NCBI GenBank assembly: GCA_041659045.1
Contig: JBAZZB010000001.1
Span: forward strand, 454,111-518,110
DNA from: Patescibacteria group bacterium
Lineage (GTDB): Bacteria; Patescibacteriota; Patescibacteriia; SG8-24; DYFX01
Direction: 5' to 3'
DNA: 64,000 nucleotides
Shown here: piece by piece, positions 17,575 to 26,800 of the stretch
Numbering within the stretch: the stretch's first letter is position 1
Layout of the letters: every line of letters starts with the position of its first letter
The notes under the pieces: model-generated
What the model saw: the letters and a program-made list of their open reading frames with translations, nothing else
What the model was told of the DNA's origin: nothing
Databases searched by the model: none
Made by a program: the position numbers and the translations under genes

Positions 17575-18468
17575 TCATGCCAAGACCCAACGGTCTCGCG
17601 ACTTTTTGATAAGACCGTCTTTTTCCAATCCTTCCAACACGCGCTGAAGCCAAGGAAGATCCTTTTTTTCAAACCCCACGCGCACCCGTCGACCCAACGC
17701 CTCCAGATGAACATGAGAAACAGATCGTGCACGAAGCTCCTCGATCACGCGGCCGCGGTAGATCCTGTTTGGAATTCCGAGCGCGTCGGTTTTTTCGACT
17801 CGCGACGCTTTCTGCTTCGGCAGGGATTTCATTTTCAAAATCCTAGGATAGGATTTGCAGAGCTTCTTAAGCGGGCAAACCTCGCATGACGGACTCCTCG
17901 CTTTGCAAAGCGTGGCACCAATATCCATCAATCCCTGATTCACGTCATACGAAAGTCGTTCAGGCAGCGAGCGTTCCCAGGCAAGCCAGCTGCGCTCATC
18001 AAACATTTTCGGATCCGCTTTTGGACCCTTATACACGCGGTTGAGTACGCGCCGAAGGTTTGTGTCGGGTGCCAGAGCGCGTTTACGAAAAACAAAGGCA
18101 CGGATCGCTCGCGCGGTATACGGCCCAATCCCTTTCAAGGAAACGAGCGCTTCGGTTTCGGATGGAAGCATGCCGTCGTAACGCGTCACAACTTCCATCG
18201 CGAGATGCCTGAGGCGCACGGCGCGCATATTGTATCCAAGCCCTTTCCAGGCGCGCACAACATCAGCCTGTGATGCTTCGGCAAGTGCGTTCCAGCTGGG
18301 AAAAACAGAAACAAAGCGCGTAAAAAGAGGAACAACGCGATCAACCTGCGTCTGCTGCAGCATGAATTCAGACACAACGACGCGGTAGGGATCCACCGTA
18401 TTCCGCCACGGAAGATTCCGTCCGTGCGCGCGATACCACCGCGCGATCACGCCCCACAAACTCTTCAT
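17575..18468 (-). CDS. mutY: A/G-specific adenine glycosylase family (HhH-GPD with 4Fe-4S), MutY-like
   Basis: LPWR...DPYRVVVSEFMLQQTQV, an HhH-GPD motif and the Cx6Cx2Cx5C cluster CKARSPSCEVCPLKKLC. Start chosen at MKSLWGV, right after the upstream stop. Confidence 0.7.
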   Translation of the reverse strand: MKSLWGVIARWYRAHGRNLPWRNTVDPYRVVVSEFMLQQTQVDRVVPLFTRFVSVFPSWNALAEASQADVVRAWKGLGYNMRAVRLRHLAMEVVTRYDGMLPSETEALVSLKGIGPYTARAIRAFVFRKRALAPDTNLRRVLNRVYKGPKADPKMFDERSWLAWERSLPERLSYDVNQGLMDIGATLCKARSPSCEVCPLKKLCKSYPRILKMKSLPKQKASRVEKTDALGIPNRIYRGRVIEELRARSVSHVHLEALGRRVRVGFEKKDLPWLQRVLEGLEKDGLIKKSRDRWVLA

Positions 18469-19163
18469 GCGCGCAGTGATGCCAATTCTTGCTCGGTCAA
18501 AGGACGCCAATCCCCTTCTTCCAAATCATCGAGCTCAACACCACCGACGCGCGTGCGAACCAATTTCAAAACGCCATAACCCAGCGCTTCGCACATGCGG
18601 CGAATTTGGCGATTCTTTCCTTCCGTCAGAACGATACGGAAGCGCGCGTTATCGACCTGCTCCACTTTTGCGCGGCGTGTTTTAAGACCGAGAATCCGGA
18701 CACCCTCGCTCATTTTCTGCAAAAATTCTGCCGTAACGGCTTTGTTCACACCGACATCATATTCTTTTTCTGTGCCGGAGTCCGGTCGCATTAAGCGGTC
18801 GGCAAGCGCGGTATCGTCCGTCAACAACAAAAGACCGCTCGAGGCAACGTCGAGTCGTCCAACAGGAAAGAGGCGCGCGTTCGGCAAGGGTTTTTCGGAT
18901 TGATGGAGCACTTCCATCACGTTATCGGGTGAGTTTGCGTCCGTTGTAACGATAACGCCGACCGGTTTGTGAAAAGCGATCGCCGTTGAGCGCGTCAACG
19001 GGACGATTTTGCGACCACTGACTTCGACGCGGTCGCCTTCGGAAACCTGATCGCCCAGACCCGCCACACGCCCGTTAATCTTCACTTTTCCAGCCTCAAT
19101 CAGGCGATCTGCCTCACGGCGCGACGCAACTCCGGCTCCATTCAAGTATTTATTGATGCGCAT
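18465..19163 (-). CDS. Pseudouridine synthase (RsuA/RluB family) with S4 domain
   Basis: MRINKYLNGAGVASRREADRLI (S4 domain), GRLD catalytic motif and NRQIRRM motif. Confidence 0.8.
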   Translation of the reverse strand: MRINKYLNGAGVASRREADRLIEAGKVKINGRVAGLGDQVSEGDRVEVSGRKIVPLTRSTAIAFHKPVGVIVTTDANSPDNVMEVLHQSEKPLPNARLFPVGRLDVASSGLLLLTDDTALADRLMRPDSGTEKEYDVGVNKAVTAEFLQKMSEGVRILGLKTRRAKVEQVDNARFRIVLTEGKNRQIRRMCEALGYGVLKLVRTRVGGVELDDLEEGDWRPLTEQELASLRA

Positions 19164-19217
19164 GCTCGGAGTGTAGCACACCGCCCAAAAAGGAAAACCC
19201 GCCGTTACGGCAGGTAC

Positions 19218-20669
19218 CTATTCGACACGTCGCGAGATGTCGTCGATGGCTTTGAGTACGCGCTTCTCGGTTTCACGCACCGAGGCACCACTCTGCAAAT
19301 CATGGAAGGCATCACTCACGTTCCGTCGGCTGGAACGAATGGCCTTTTGCACTTTCAAGCGAAGTCTTCTGACAGAACCGAGGAGATAGAGGATAACCAG
19401 AGACAGTACGGTCGTAGCGACACCGGCGGCAAACGGCACCCAGAAGCCTTGGGGCGCGGTTCGCTCCGTACGCTGCTCGACAACCTTCGGTGCTTCCATC
19501 ACGACCATTGGCGTAACTTTCGGCATCGCAGGCGCCTCAGTCACCGTAAACGGAACCATCGCCTCGCGAGAATGGCCAGCCCGATCAAAAGCTCTGACGG
19601 ACAGCGTGTGCGTGCCTGCCGAAAGTTGCGACACCTCATAGGTTGACGTCGCGGTGCCAAACCATTCAACGGACTGCCCTCCGTCAATGCGCACCTCGTA
19701 TCGGGCAATACCAGAGCCACGATCCGTCGCATCAAACAGGAAACGCGCGGCGTCCGACGGTTGAGCTCTCTGAATTTCGTGAATTTCGAAATGTTCCGGA
19801 TCTTCCGTATCGATCTGAACGCGATAATGCGTTGTCGCACCCCACTCCCCACCTTTTCTAAATTGCGCGTGGAAATACCACACACCGTCCTCCAAATCCT
19901 TCACCGTTCTTGAAGCAATGGCTGGCGTGTAACTTACTGTCGGTGAGGCATTTGGAATAACCCCGACGAGCAAACGCACAGCATCAACGCCGGTCGGCAC
20001 CGACCAGGCAAAAGCCGCATCTCGTGACGCATACCACGCATCAGAATCAGGATGCGTACTGGAAACAATTCTTGGCGCCGGCACACTGTTACCCGTCGGC
20101 ACTTCTGGCGCAGTTGTGCCCACGAGCGTAAAACTCGCGCCGAGGAGTCCGGAGGCAACTTCCGTTCCTTGGCCGTCATTGGCCAATACGGACCCTGTCG
20201 AGAAAGACGCTTTCGCCGTACCTTCAGACTTCACGCGAAAGGAAACGGATAAAAGTTTCCCGCTGGACCCTTGAAAGCCAGGATTCAACACAATACCCTC
20301 GAAACCAATCGTTCCGGCCGTGTTTGAAAAGCTTGGATCTTGAATCCAAAGCCCAAAAACAGAACCACTTTTTGAAAGCGATACGACTTCAAGTTTGTCC
20401 GGTGGAAAGATGATACCTCCTGATGCGGCGTTGACCGCGCGATCCGTGCTCGAGACGTAGACGTTTACTGTAAAGGCGCTGCCGACAGCGTGAGAGCCAG
20501 ACGACGGCGAAAGGTACAGAGACGCCGCCTCGGCAGAGGCTGGCACCGCAACAAAAAACAAAATCGCCACCGCGATAGCTCGCGTTTTTTGAAAAAATGA
20601 GCGATACGTTTTGCCGTGGTTTACGACAAACGTATCAAAAAAACGTCGTCTCAAGTTCATTGCGTTCAA
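19218..20669 (-). CDS. Cohesin-like domain cell-surface protein with C-terminal TM anchor
   Basis: Signal peptide, cohesin-like beta-sandwich segment (LYLSPSSGSHAVGSAFTVNVYVSS...GIIFPPDKLEVVSL), Ig-like middle and a C-terminal hydrophobic helix plus basic tail. Paralog of the next gene. Confidence 0.55.
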   Translation of the reverse strand: MNAMNLRRRFFDTFVVNHGKTYRSFFQKTRAIAVAILFFVAVPASAEAASLYLSPSSGSHAVGSAFTVNVYVSSTDRAVNAASGGIIFPPDKLEVVSLSKSGSVFGLWIQDPSFSNTAGTIGFEGIVLNPGFQGSSGKLLSVSFRVKSEGTAKASFSTGSVLANDGQGTEVASGLLGASFTLVGTTAPEVPTGNSVPAPRIVSSTHPDSDAWYASRDAAFAWSVPTGVDAVRLLVGVIPNASPTVSYTPAIASRTVKDLEDGVWYFHAQFRKGGEWGATTHYRVQIDTEDPEHFEIHEIQRAQPSDAARFLFDATDRGSGIARYEVRIDGGQSVEWFGTATSTYEVSQLSAGTHTLSVRAFDRAGHSREAMVPFTVTEAPAMPKVTPMVVMEAPKVVEQRTERTAPQGFWVPFAAGVATTVLSLVILYLLGSVRRLRLKVQKAIRSSRRNVSDAFHDLQSGASVRETEKRVLKAIDDISRRVE

Positions 20670-20676
20670 CAGGTTC

Positions 20677-21558
20677 TTACGAACCTTGTTTCCTCCGGGA
20701 AAGCACGCGAGAGAGAGTTCGACCGAGCAAGAACCCTATCAACACCATCATAGCAAGCGTCGCGTATTTTTGGTATGACGACTGCTTCTTTGCCGCGAAC
20801 ACCGTTGCAACGCGCGCATGCCCTTTCTTATCGACGGCCTTAACAGAAATATCCTCGTTCACGTTTTGGTTTTGCAAAAGATACGGACTTTCGGCTGTCA
20901 CGTACGCTCCTCCACCTTCGCGCACTTCATAATGATCAATTCCGGAGGCCTTGTCTTGCGTCGCGAAAACTAGGAAGTACTTGCCCTCAAACATGTTCGG
21001 ATCGCGAGACACGACCGGAACAAACGTTTCAGGCGCGTCAAGATCGGCTTTCTCGTACGTGACATCGCCTTCACCCACAACCTGCTCCGCGACCTCAAGA
21101 ATCAGCGGCCGCGCGTTCGCGCTTGCCTGCGTTCCTTTTCCGTCGTGAAGCAAGATTTGCTCTTCTTGCACCTGGAAAAACGCCACACCAGCACGTAGAG
21201 GACGCACGACAACGGAAAAAAGAAAACTTTTTTCCCCAACGTGACCTCCAGGAATAATGCCGGAGAATGCAATTTTTCCGGTACCAGCCTGAGGTCGTTG
21301 TATCCAAAATGTTACTGTTGAATTGCCGTCTCGTATAGCCTCAACATCAAAAGACTCCGCTGGAAAAACAAGCGTTCCCTCAACAGCGTTCACGTCTTCG
21401 TTTTCCGTATCAAGAAACACGTCAACGACATACGAACTTCCGACATGAAATGGCGCGGTTTCAGTTTCTGCAAAAATACTCGCCGCAGAAACCGCGCCCG
21501 CGCGCATAAGGAACATCGTCGCAAGCAATGTCAGTGAAATTTTTTTGAAAAGCTGCAT
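20677..21558 (-). CDS. Cohesin-like domain cell-surface protein with C-terminal TM anchor (paralog)
   Basis: Signal peptide, then the same cohesin-like pattern (HVGSSYVVDVFLDTENEDVNAVEGTLVFPAESFDVEAI) and a C-terminal TM plus basic tail. Confidence 0.55.
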   Translation of the reverse strand: MQLFKKISLTLLATMFLMRAGAVSAASIFAETETAPFHVGSSYVVDVFLDTENEDVNAVEGTLVFPAESFDVEAIRDGNSTVTFWIQRPQAGTGKIAFSGIIPGGHVGEKSFLFSVVVRPLRAGVAFFQVQEEQILLHDGKGTQASANARPLILEVAEQVVGEGDVTYEKADLDAPETFVPVVSRDPNMFEGKYFLVFATQDKASGIDHYEVREGGGAYVTAESPYLLQNQNVNEDISVKAVDKKGHARVATVFAAKKQSSYQKYATLAMMVLIGFLLGRTLSRVLSRRKQGS

Positions 21559-21566
21559 ACGACAGA

Positions 21567-22619
21567 TTAGCCAGACCAGTGATACGCCATAATACTAAAG
21601 TCGACAAGGTTCACTTTCCCGTCGCCATTCAATTGTTCTTTCTCAACCACTCGGAATTCAGCAGAAAGCTCGCGCTGATACCAATACGCAACGATCGAGA
21701 AGTCGACAAGGTTCACCTTCCCATCGCCGTTTACGTCGCCCTTCACACCAACAACATCAGGCAGCGCCGTCACGTTCTTCGTTCCAACGACGAATCCTAC
21801 AGTTTTTCCGAACGGGCTCGCCTCCTCCTCCAACGCCGACTTTGCTTGCGTACTATGTGATCCGGCTTCAAGCACGGCCGTATTGAGCGTGTACAAATAC
21901 GCGCCCGTGGCATCGGCATTCACGCTGTAAAAAAGTTCGTTCTCGGAATTCACCGCAAGTGTCACTTCACTATTCGGCGCAGTCCGCCCAAAAATAGCAA
22001 TGTTGTCTCCGCGTTTTACCTCGCTTTTATCTGCAGAGATCGTCGGTGCGATAAAAATTCCACTTACTCTCGTTGTGGCGCCATTCGTAATGTAAACCGG
22101 GAAACTAAACAATGCAGAATGCAGGCCGGTCGCATCTTCACCATAAATACCGAAGGCATAATTCCCCGTCGCCAAACCCGTCAGGCTCACCTCAAAACGG
22201 GCGTCTGGACCAGCAATGGTTGAAACGGCAACCTGACCATCCTTTAAGACAACAACCTTGCTCAACGGATATGCCCTGCCTGAAAAGGTTACCTGCGTAA
22301 CGACGGGAACCGTCGTAGCTCCTCCCCCACCCCCACCTGTTGCACCACCGCCCACGCTCCCGCTTGATGTCGTGCAAAGCGATGTATCAAACGAACAAGA
22401 GGGATCGCATGATAGCGTACCTCCGCCGAATCCCTGCGACTGGCACGATTGTCCGTTGAGATCAGTGACGTCGCACTCTTCATCCCACTCGGTAATCGTA
22501 TTCCCGCAGACGGAAATACGGATTCTCGCTGAGATGGTCGAGGCAGAGGTAACTACCGGAAAAACCACCAGCCACACAGCAAAAATAAGCGCGGAAAATC
22601 TCGCCAAGACACGGCTCAT
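21567..22619 (-). CDS. Dockerin-containing secreted protein
   Basis: C-terminal duplicated type-I dockerin calcium-binding segments GDVNGDGKVNLVDFSIVAYWYQ and LNGDGKVNLVDFSIMAYHW. The N-terminal region has a signal peptide, a Cys-rich segment, a poly-Gly linker and Ig-like beta domains. Confidence 0.7.
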   Translation of the reverse strand: MSRVLARFSALIFAVWLVVFPVVTSASTISARIRISVCGNTITEWDEECDVTDLNGQSCQSQGFGGGTLSCDPSCSFDTSLCTTSSGSVGGGATGGGGGGATTVPVVTQVTFSGRAYPLSKVVVLKDGQVAVSTIAGPDARFEVSLTGLATGNYAFGIYGEDATGLHSALFSFPVYITNGATTRVSGIFIAPTISADKSEVKRGDNIAIFGRTAPNSEVTLAVNSENELFYSVNADATGAYLYTLNTAVLEAGSHSTQAKSALEEEASPFGKTVGFVVGTKNVTALPDVVGVKGDVNGDGKVNLVDFSIVAYWYQRELSAEFRVVEKEQLNGDGKVNLVDFSIMAYHWSG

Positions 22620-23239
22620 GATTTCCTCGAAATTGCGAATTCCAATTTGAAGAATTTCTTAAACGCCGCCGCGAGGAGCACGAACCCAATGAATCCGAAT
22701 ACGATGTACGTCCAAGGCCTATAGCGCGCGATCAAGCTTGTGATGCGATAAAATACCGCCTGAAAGATATTTGAGGGCGCAACCGTGAAGTAGAATTTCG
22801 AAGCAGCAGCAACACCGATACTGGCACCGCCCGTCGTGCGAGCTTTCCTCAAAGGGCGCGCTTCAAGAAACGCATAATACTCGCCCGGTTTGGCGTTCAA
22901 AGGCACGCGGAGCGTCATGGTGACCGGCTGAACCTTTCCAGGCTCAAGACTGAACGTCCGCGGCGTAAACGTCACCCAATCGCGACCCGGACGAAGCTGA
23001 GGAACGTTTTCCTGATACTCGATAAAAGCTTCGTACTCCGTAAGTTCATCACCCGTGTTGATTACGGGCAGAGTCGGAAGATCGTAAATCGTTCCAGGCT
23101 TGAGGGGTTCTTCTAGGATGACTTTTCCGAGCCCCACGCCGACTCCAACATTCGCAAAAACAGCGAGTGGGAACGCGAGCGCGGCTACGACCGCCAAGGC
23201 AGCTTTTCGGACAAAAATTTTCCGCATACCAACCTTCAC
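22616..23239 (-). CDS. Hypothetical surface protein with signal peptide and C-terminal TM anchor
   Basis: Signal peptide AALAVVAALAFPLAVFA, a beta-rich middle and a C-terminal helix FGFIGFVLLAAAF plus KKFFK tail. 4-nt overlap with the dockerin gene. Confidence 0.5.
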   Translation of the reverse strand: MKVGMRKIFVRKAALAVVAALAFPLAVFANVGVGVGLGKVILEEPLKPGTIYDLPTLPVINTGDELTEYEAFIEYQENVPQLRPGRDWVTFTPRTFSLEPGKVQPVTMTLRVPLNAKPGEYYAFLEARPLRKARTTGGASIGVAAASKFYFTVAPSNIFQAVFYRITSLIARYRPWTYIVFGFIGFVLLAAAFKKFFKLEFAISRKS

Positions 23240-23254
23240 GGTGAAGTACTCGAA

Positions 23255-23773
23255 TCAGGATGCTGTCGCGGTAACAACAACGTCGACACTTTGCTGTGTG
23301 TAATCTGCAGTTGCCGTTGGAGTCGTAAGAGTCAGGTCGAAACGTGTCGCCGCACCTACGGCCACGTCCGCAACCAAAGCGGTATTCCCCGTGGTCAAAG
23401 CCGTGTAGTTTGTCGGGTTGGATTCACAGGCCGTGAGGCAGAAGGAATGCCTGTACGTTTCTGAACTCGAAGTCGCCCCCAGCGTCCAGCTAGCGGAATC
23501 CGTGCCGGAAATGAAAAAATCTTCGACAACGTTGCCGGTGTTCGTCGCGCTTTGCGTGTCCCACATACCCACTGAAGTCGAGCGTGCAGTGCTCAGACTC
23601 AACGATCCATAGGCAATGCTAGCGTCAGCAGCTGTCAGCGCCACGTTCGTAACCGTGACAGTCGCTGCTACTGTTGCCGCCTGAACCGTCATCGTTGAAA
23701 ACGCCATCAACGAGGAGAACAAAAAGACCGCTGCCATCCAACTCCATCCCACTCTTGTTAGAGTCAAACGCAT
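23255..23773 (-). CDS. Small secreted protein, paralog of the C-terminal module of the giant glycine-rich protein (WxL-like)
   Basis: Start set at MRLTLTRVGWSWMAAVFLFSSLMAFS (signal peptide). The rest aligns nearly residue-for-residue with the last roughly 170 aa of the 1425-aa protein (GMWDTQSATNTGNV..DF.I.GT..A.WTLGAT). The similarity is also visible at nucleotide level. Confidence 0.6.
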   Translation of the reverse strand: MRLTLTRVGWSWMAAVFLFSSLMAFSTMTVQAATVAATVTVTNVALTAADASIAYGSLSLSTARSTSVGMWDTQSATNTGNVVEDFFISGTDSASWTLGATSSSETYRHSFCLTACESNPTNYTALTTGNTALVADVAVGAATRFDLTLTTPTATADYTQQSVDVVVTATAS

Positions 23774-23867
23774 ACGTCTAAGAAAAACATTCGGCCATTT
23801 ATAACTTGCCTCTATGATACCACGATCTTCAAGCGACCGATTGCGAAGATATCCCCAGTTTTCAGCC

Positions 23868-26800
23868 CTAATGCTGTGTCGCAGTGATGACGACGTCGAC
23901 GCTTTGTTGCGTATTGTATGAGGTCGATGTCGGCGTCGAAATATTGAGATCAAAGAGCTGCGCGGCGTCTACGGCGACGTTCGTTACCATCGACGTCTCC
24001 CCCGTCGTCAACGCCGTATAGTTGGTCGGTGCGGTCGTACAGCTCGCCGTGCAGAACGCATGCGCATACTGCTCGCTGCTTGGTGTCGCGCCGAGCGTCC
24101 AGTTAGCCGTGTTCGTTCCGCGAATGGTGAAATCCTCAGCAACGTTTCCGGTATTTGTCGCGCTTTGCGTGTCCCACATACCCGTTGATGTCGAGCGTGT
24201 CTCGCTGGTACCCATGATTCCATAAGCGACCGTGCCATCTCCAACAGTCACCGCGACAATCGTCGCCGGATTGATGGTGATCTGTCCTGATGAGTAGGCG
24301 CTTACGGGAGAGTTTTCACCATCATCGACGACACCGTACACGTAATAGCTTCCTGTCGTGACCCCTGTCGTGTCCCAAGCGCACGTCACACCTGTTCCTT
24401 CAGCGGCGGTGGCACACGGGCCGCTGATCACCGTACCGTCGAGACCGGAGTTATTGGTATCGTAATAGAAAGCCGCCGTCACAACATCATCGGAGTCAGC
24501 CAGGGTATACGTCACGTTGTAGGAATCTCCGACGGTAACGGTGTCGCTTGTGCCATCCGGTTGTGAAACCGAAATCGTTGGCGCAGCGTTGCCTGAAGCG
24601 ACATACGAAAGTTTCACTTTTCCATCAGCGCCGGCACCACCGATCGTACATGTCGATGTCGATGCGGATTCTCCGCCTCCACCTCCACCTCCACCGCTTC
24701 CGCTCGCTGGTGCGTTTCCGTTCGTGGCAATAGCGGACGCGCCATCTCCGCCAATACCTCCGCCCGAGGGGGCCGCCGCTGCCGTTGCTGTCGTCCAGGT
24801 CGTCGCGCCACTCGTACCATTCGCCGCAATGCCGGCGCTTGAACCGCCAGGTCCGCCGTAACCATTCGTGTTGTTGTAACCAACCCCTCCGTCACCGCCG
24901 GATGCGATGTAACTTGGCTCACTCACGCCTCCACTCGACGCACCGCCGCTTCCACCGGCCGGCGGCGTACCCGTTGAGTTTGCGCCGCCCGCGCCGCCTT
25001 TTGCCATCACGGTTGAGGCATCGACAAAATAGCTGTCCTCCCCAGATAATCCAGAAAGACAGGTGCCGCCGAGCCCGCCTCCTCCCGCCACGACGGTGTA
25101 GGTATTTCCAGCAGTGACTGCAACGGTGTTTTTGGAATATCCGCCGCCACCTCCACCACCACCTCCGTCGGAAATAATGCGCTGCTGTCCGCCACCACCA
25201 CCACCGCCGCCCCACACTTCAACATCAACAGACGTCACACCTGTGGGCGCCGTCCATGTGTAGACATAGGTGATTCGTACACGACCAACATAACCGTCTC
25301 CGCCTTTAACAGTGGCGCCTTCGGCCGCGCCGCCGCCGCCGCCGCCAGGACCAATATCCGGAGCCAAACCGTCCGTCGTTCCTGACGTAGCTGTGCCATA
25401 CCCTCCAGGACCACCACCAACGACAGCTACCGCACCAGTCGGTGCCGTGCTCGCATTCGTACCGGCACTCCCCGTACCTGCCGCACTGCCTCCACCTCCA
25501 CCAGCACCCGTCGCGCTGTTCGTACCAGCTCTACCGTTGCCGCCAGTGTAGGTCGTGTCGCCAACACTGGAACCGCCGGCGCCACCTGCGCCACCTGATC
25601 CTCCAGTGCCAGAGCCTCCGCTTCCCACATTTGGATTGCCGCCACTTCCGCCTTTTGCCATTACTGTCGAGGCGTCAATAAAATAGCTGTCTCCGCCAGC
25701 ATTACCGGCGCTTGAGGCGACGCCTGTTCCACCAGCACCAACAACAACGGTGTAGTCATTTCCAGGTGTGACGGAAATATTGGATTTCTTTGCGTAAGCA
25801 CCGCCTCCGCCGCCTCCGCCGCCATCATTCGCGGAGTCATTGTTACCGCCGCCGGCTCCGCCACCACCCCACGCCTCGACGTTCACGGCCGTGACGCCTG
25901 CAGGAGCCGTCCATGTTGCGGAACTCGTATAAACAACCGAACCCGTCGCATACGTATCAACCGTATCCGAAGAATCCGCAATATATGTGATAGCGACTTT
26001 TCCATCAGCGCCTTGACCTCCAATCGAACACGTTGTTGTTGAAAGCGCATCGGCTGCGCCGCCACCGCCGCCGCCAGAACCAAAATTACTCAAAGGCGGA
26101 TCCCCCGGCACACCGTCTGCGTCGCCGCCGTCACCGCCAATACCGCCCCCGTGCGGCGGTTTTGAAGCGTCGTCAATTGCCCATGTTGTGGGTCCATTCG
26201 TACCGTTTGCTGCCACGCCCGCGCTTGAGCCGCCAGGGCCGCCTCTGCCATCAGTAGCATTACTGCCCTTACCTCCGTTACCGCCGGAAAATTTTGTATC
26301 ACCAACGCCGGAAGCTGCCGCGCCACCAGCACCACCAGAACCTGGTGTGCCCGTAGAGTTCGGGCCGCCACTACCACCCTTCGCCATCACGGTCGATGTA
26401 TCGATAAAATAACTGTCGTCTCCAGCTACGCCAGTGATACATGTGCCTCCAAGACCACCAGCACCAACACCGACCGCATACGTGTTACCTGGAGTGACTG
26501 AAATGCTAGTTTTTTTGGAATATCCTCCGCCGCCGCCTCCACCTCCGCCGTCGGAAACAATGCGCTGTTGTCCACCGCCACCTCCGCCTCCGCCCCACAC
26601 TTCAACATCAACAGACGTCACGCCCGTCGGTGCCGTCCAGGTATAGATATAGGTAATGCGTACGCGACCAGGCGCACCGTCGCCACCTTGAGCAGTTGCT
26701 CCTTCGCCACTACCTCCGCCTCCGCCGCCAGGACCAATGTCAGGGGCAAGGCCGTTTCCGGCAACCGTAAATCCGTAGCCACCAGGACCACCACCAACCA

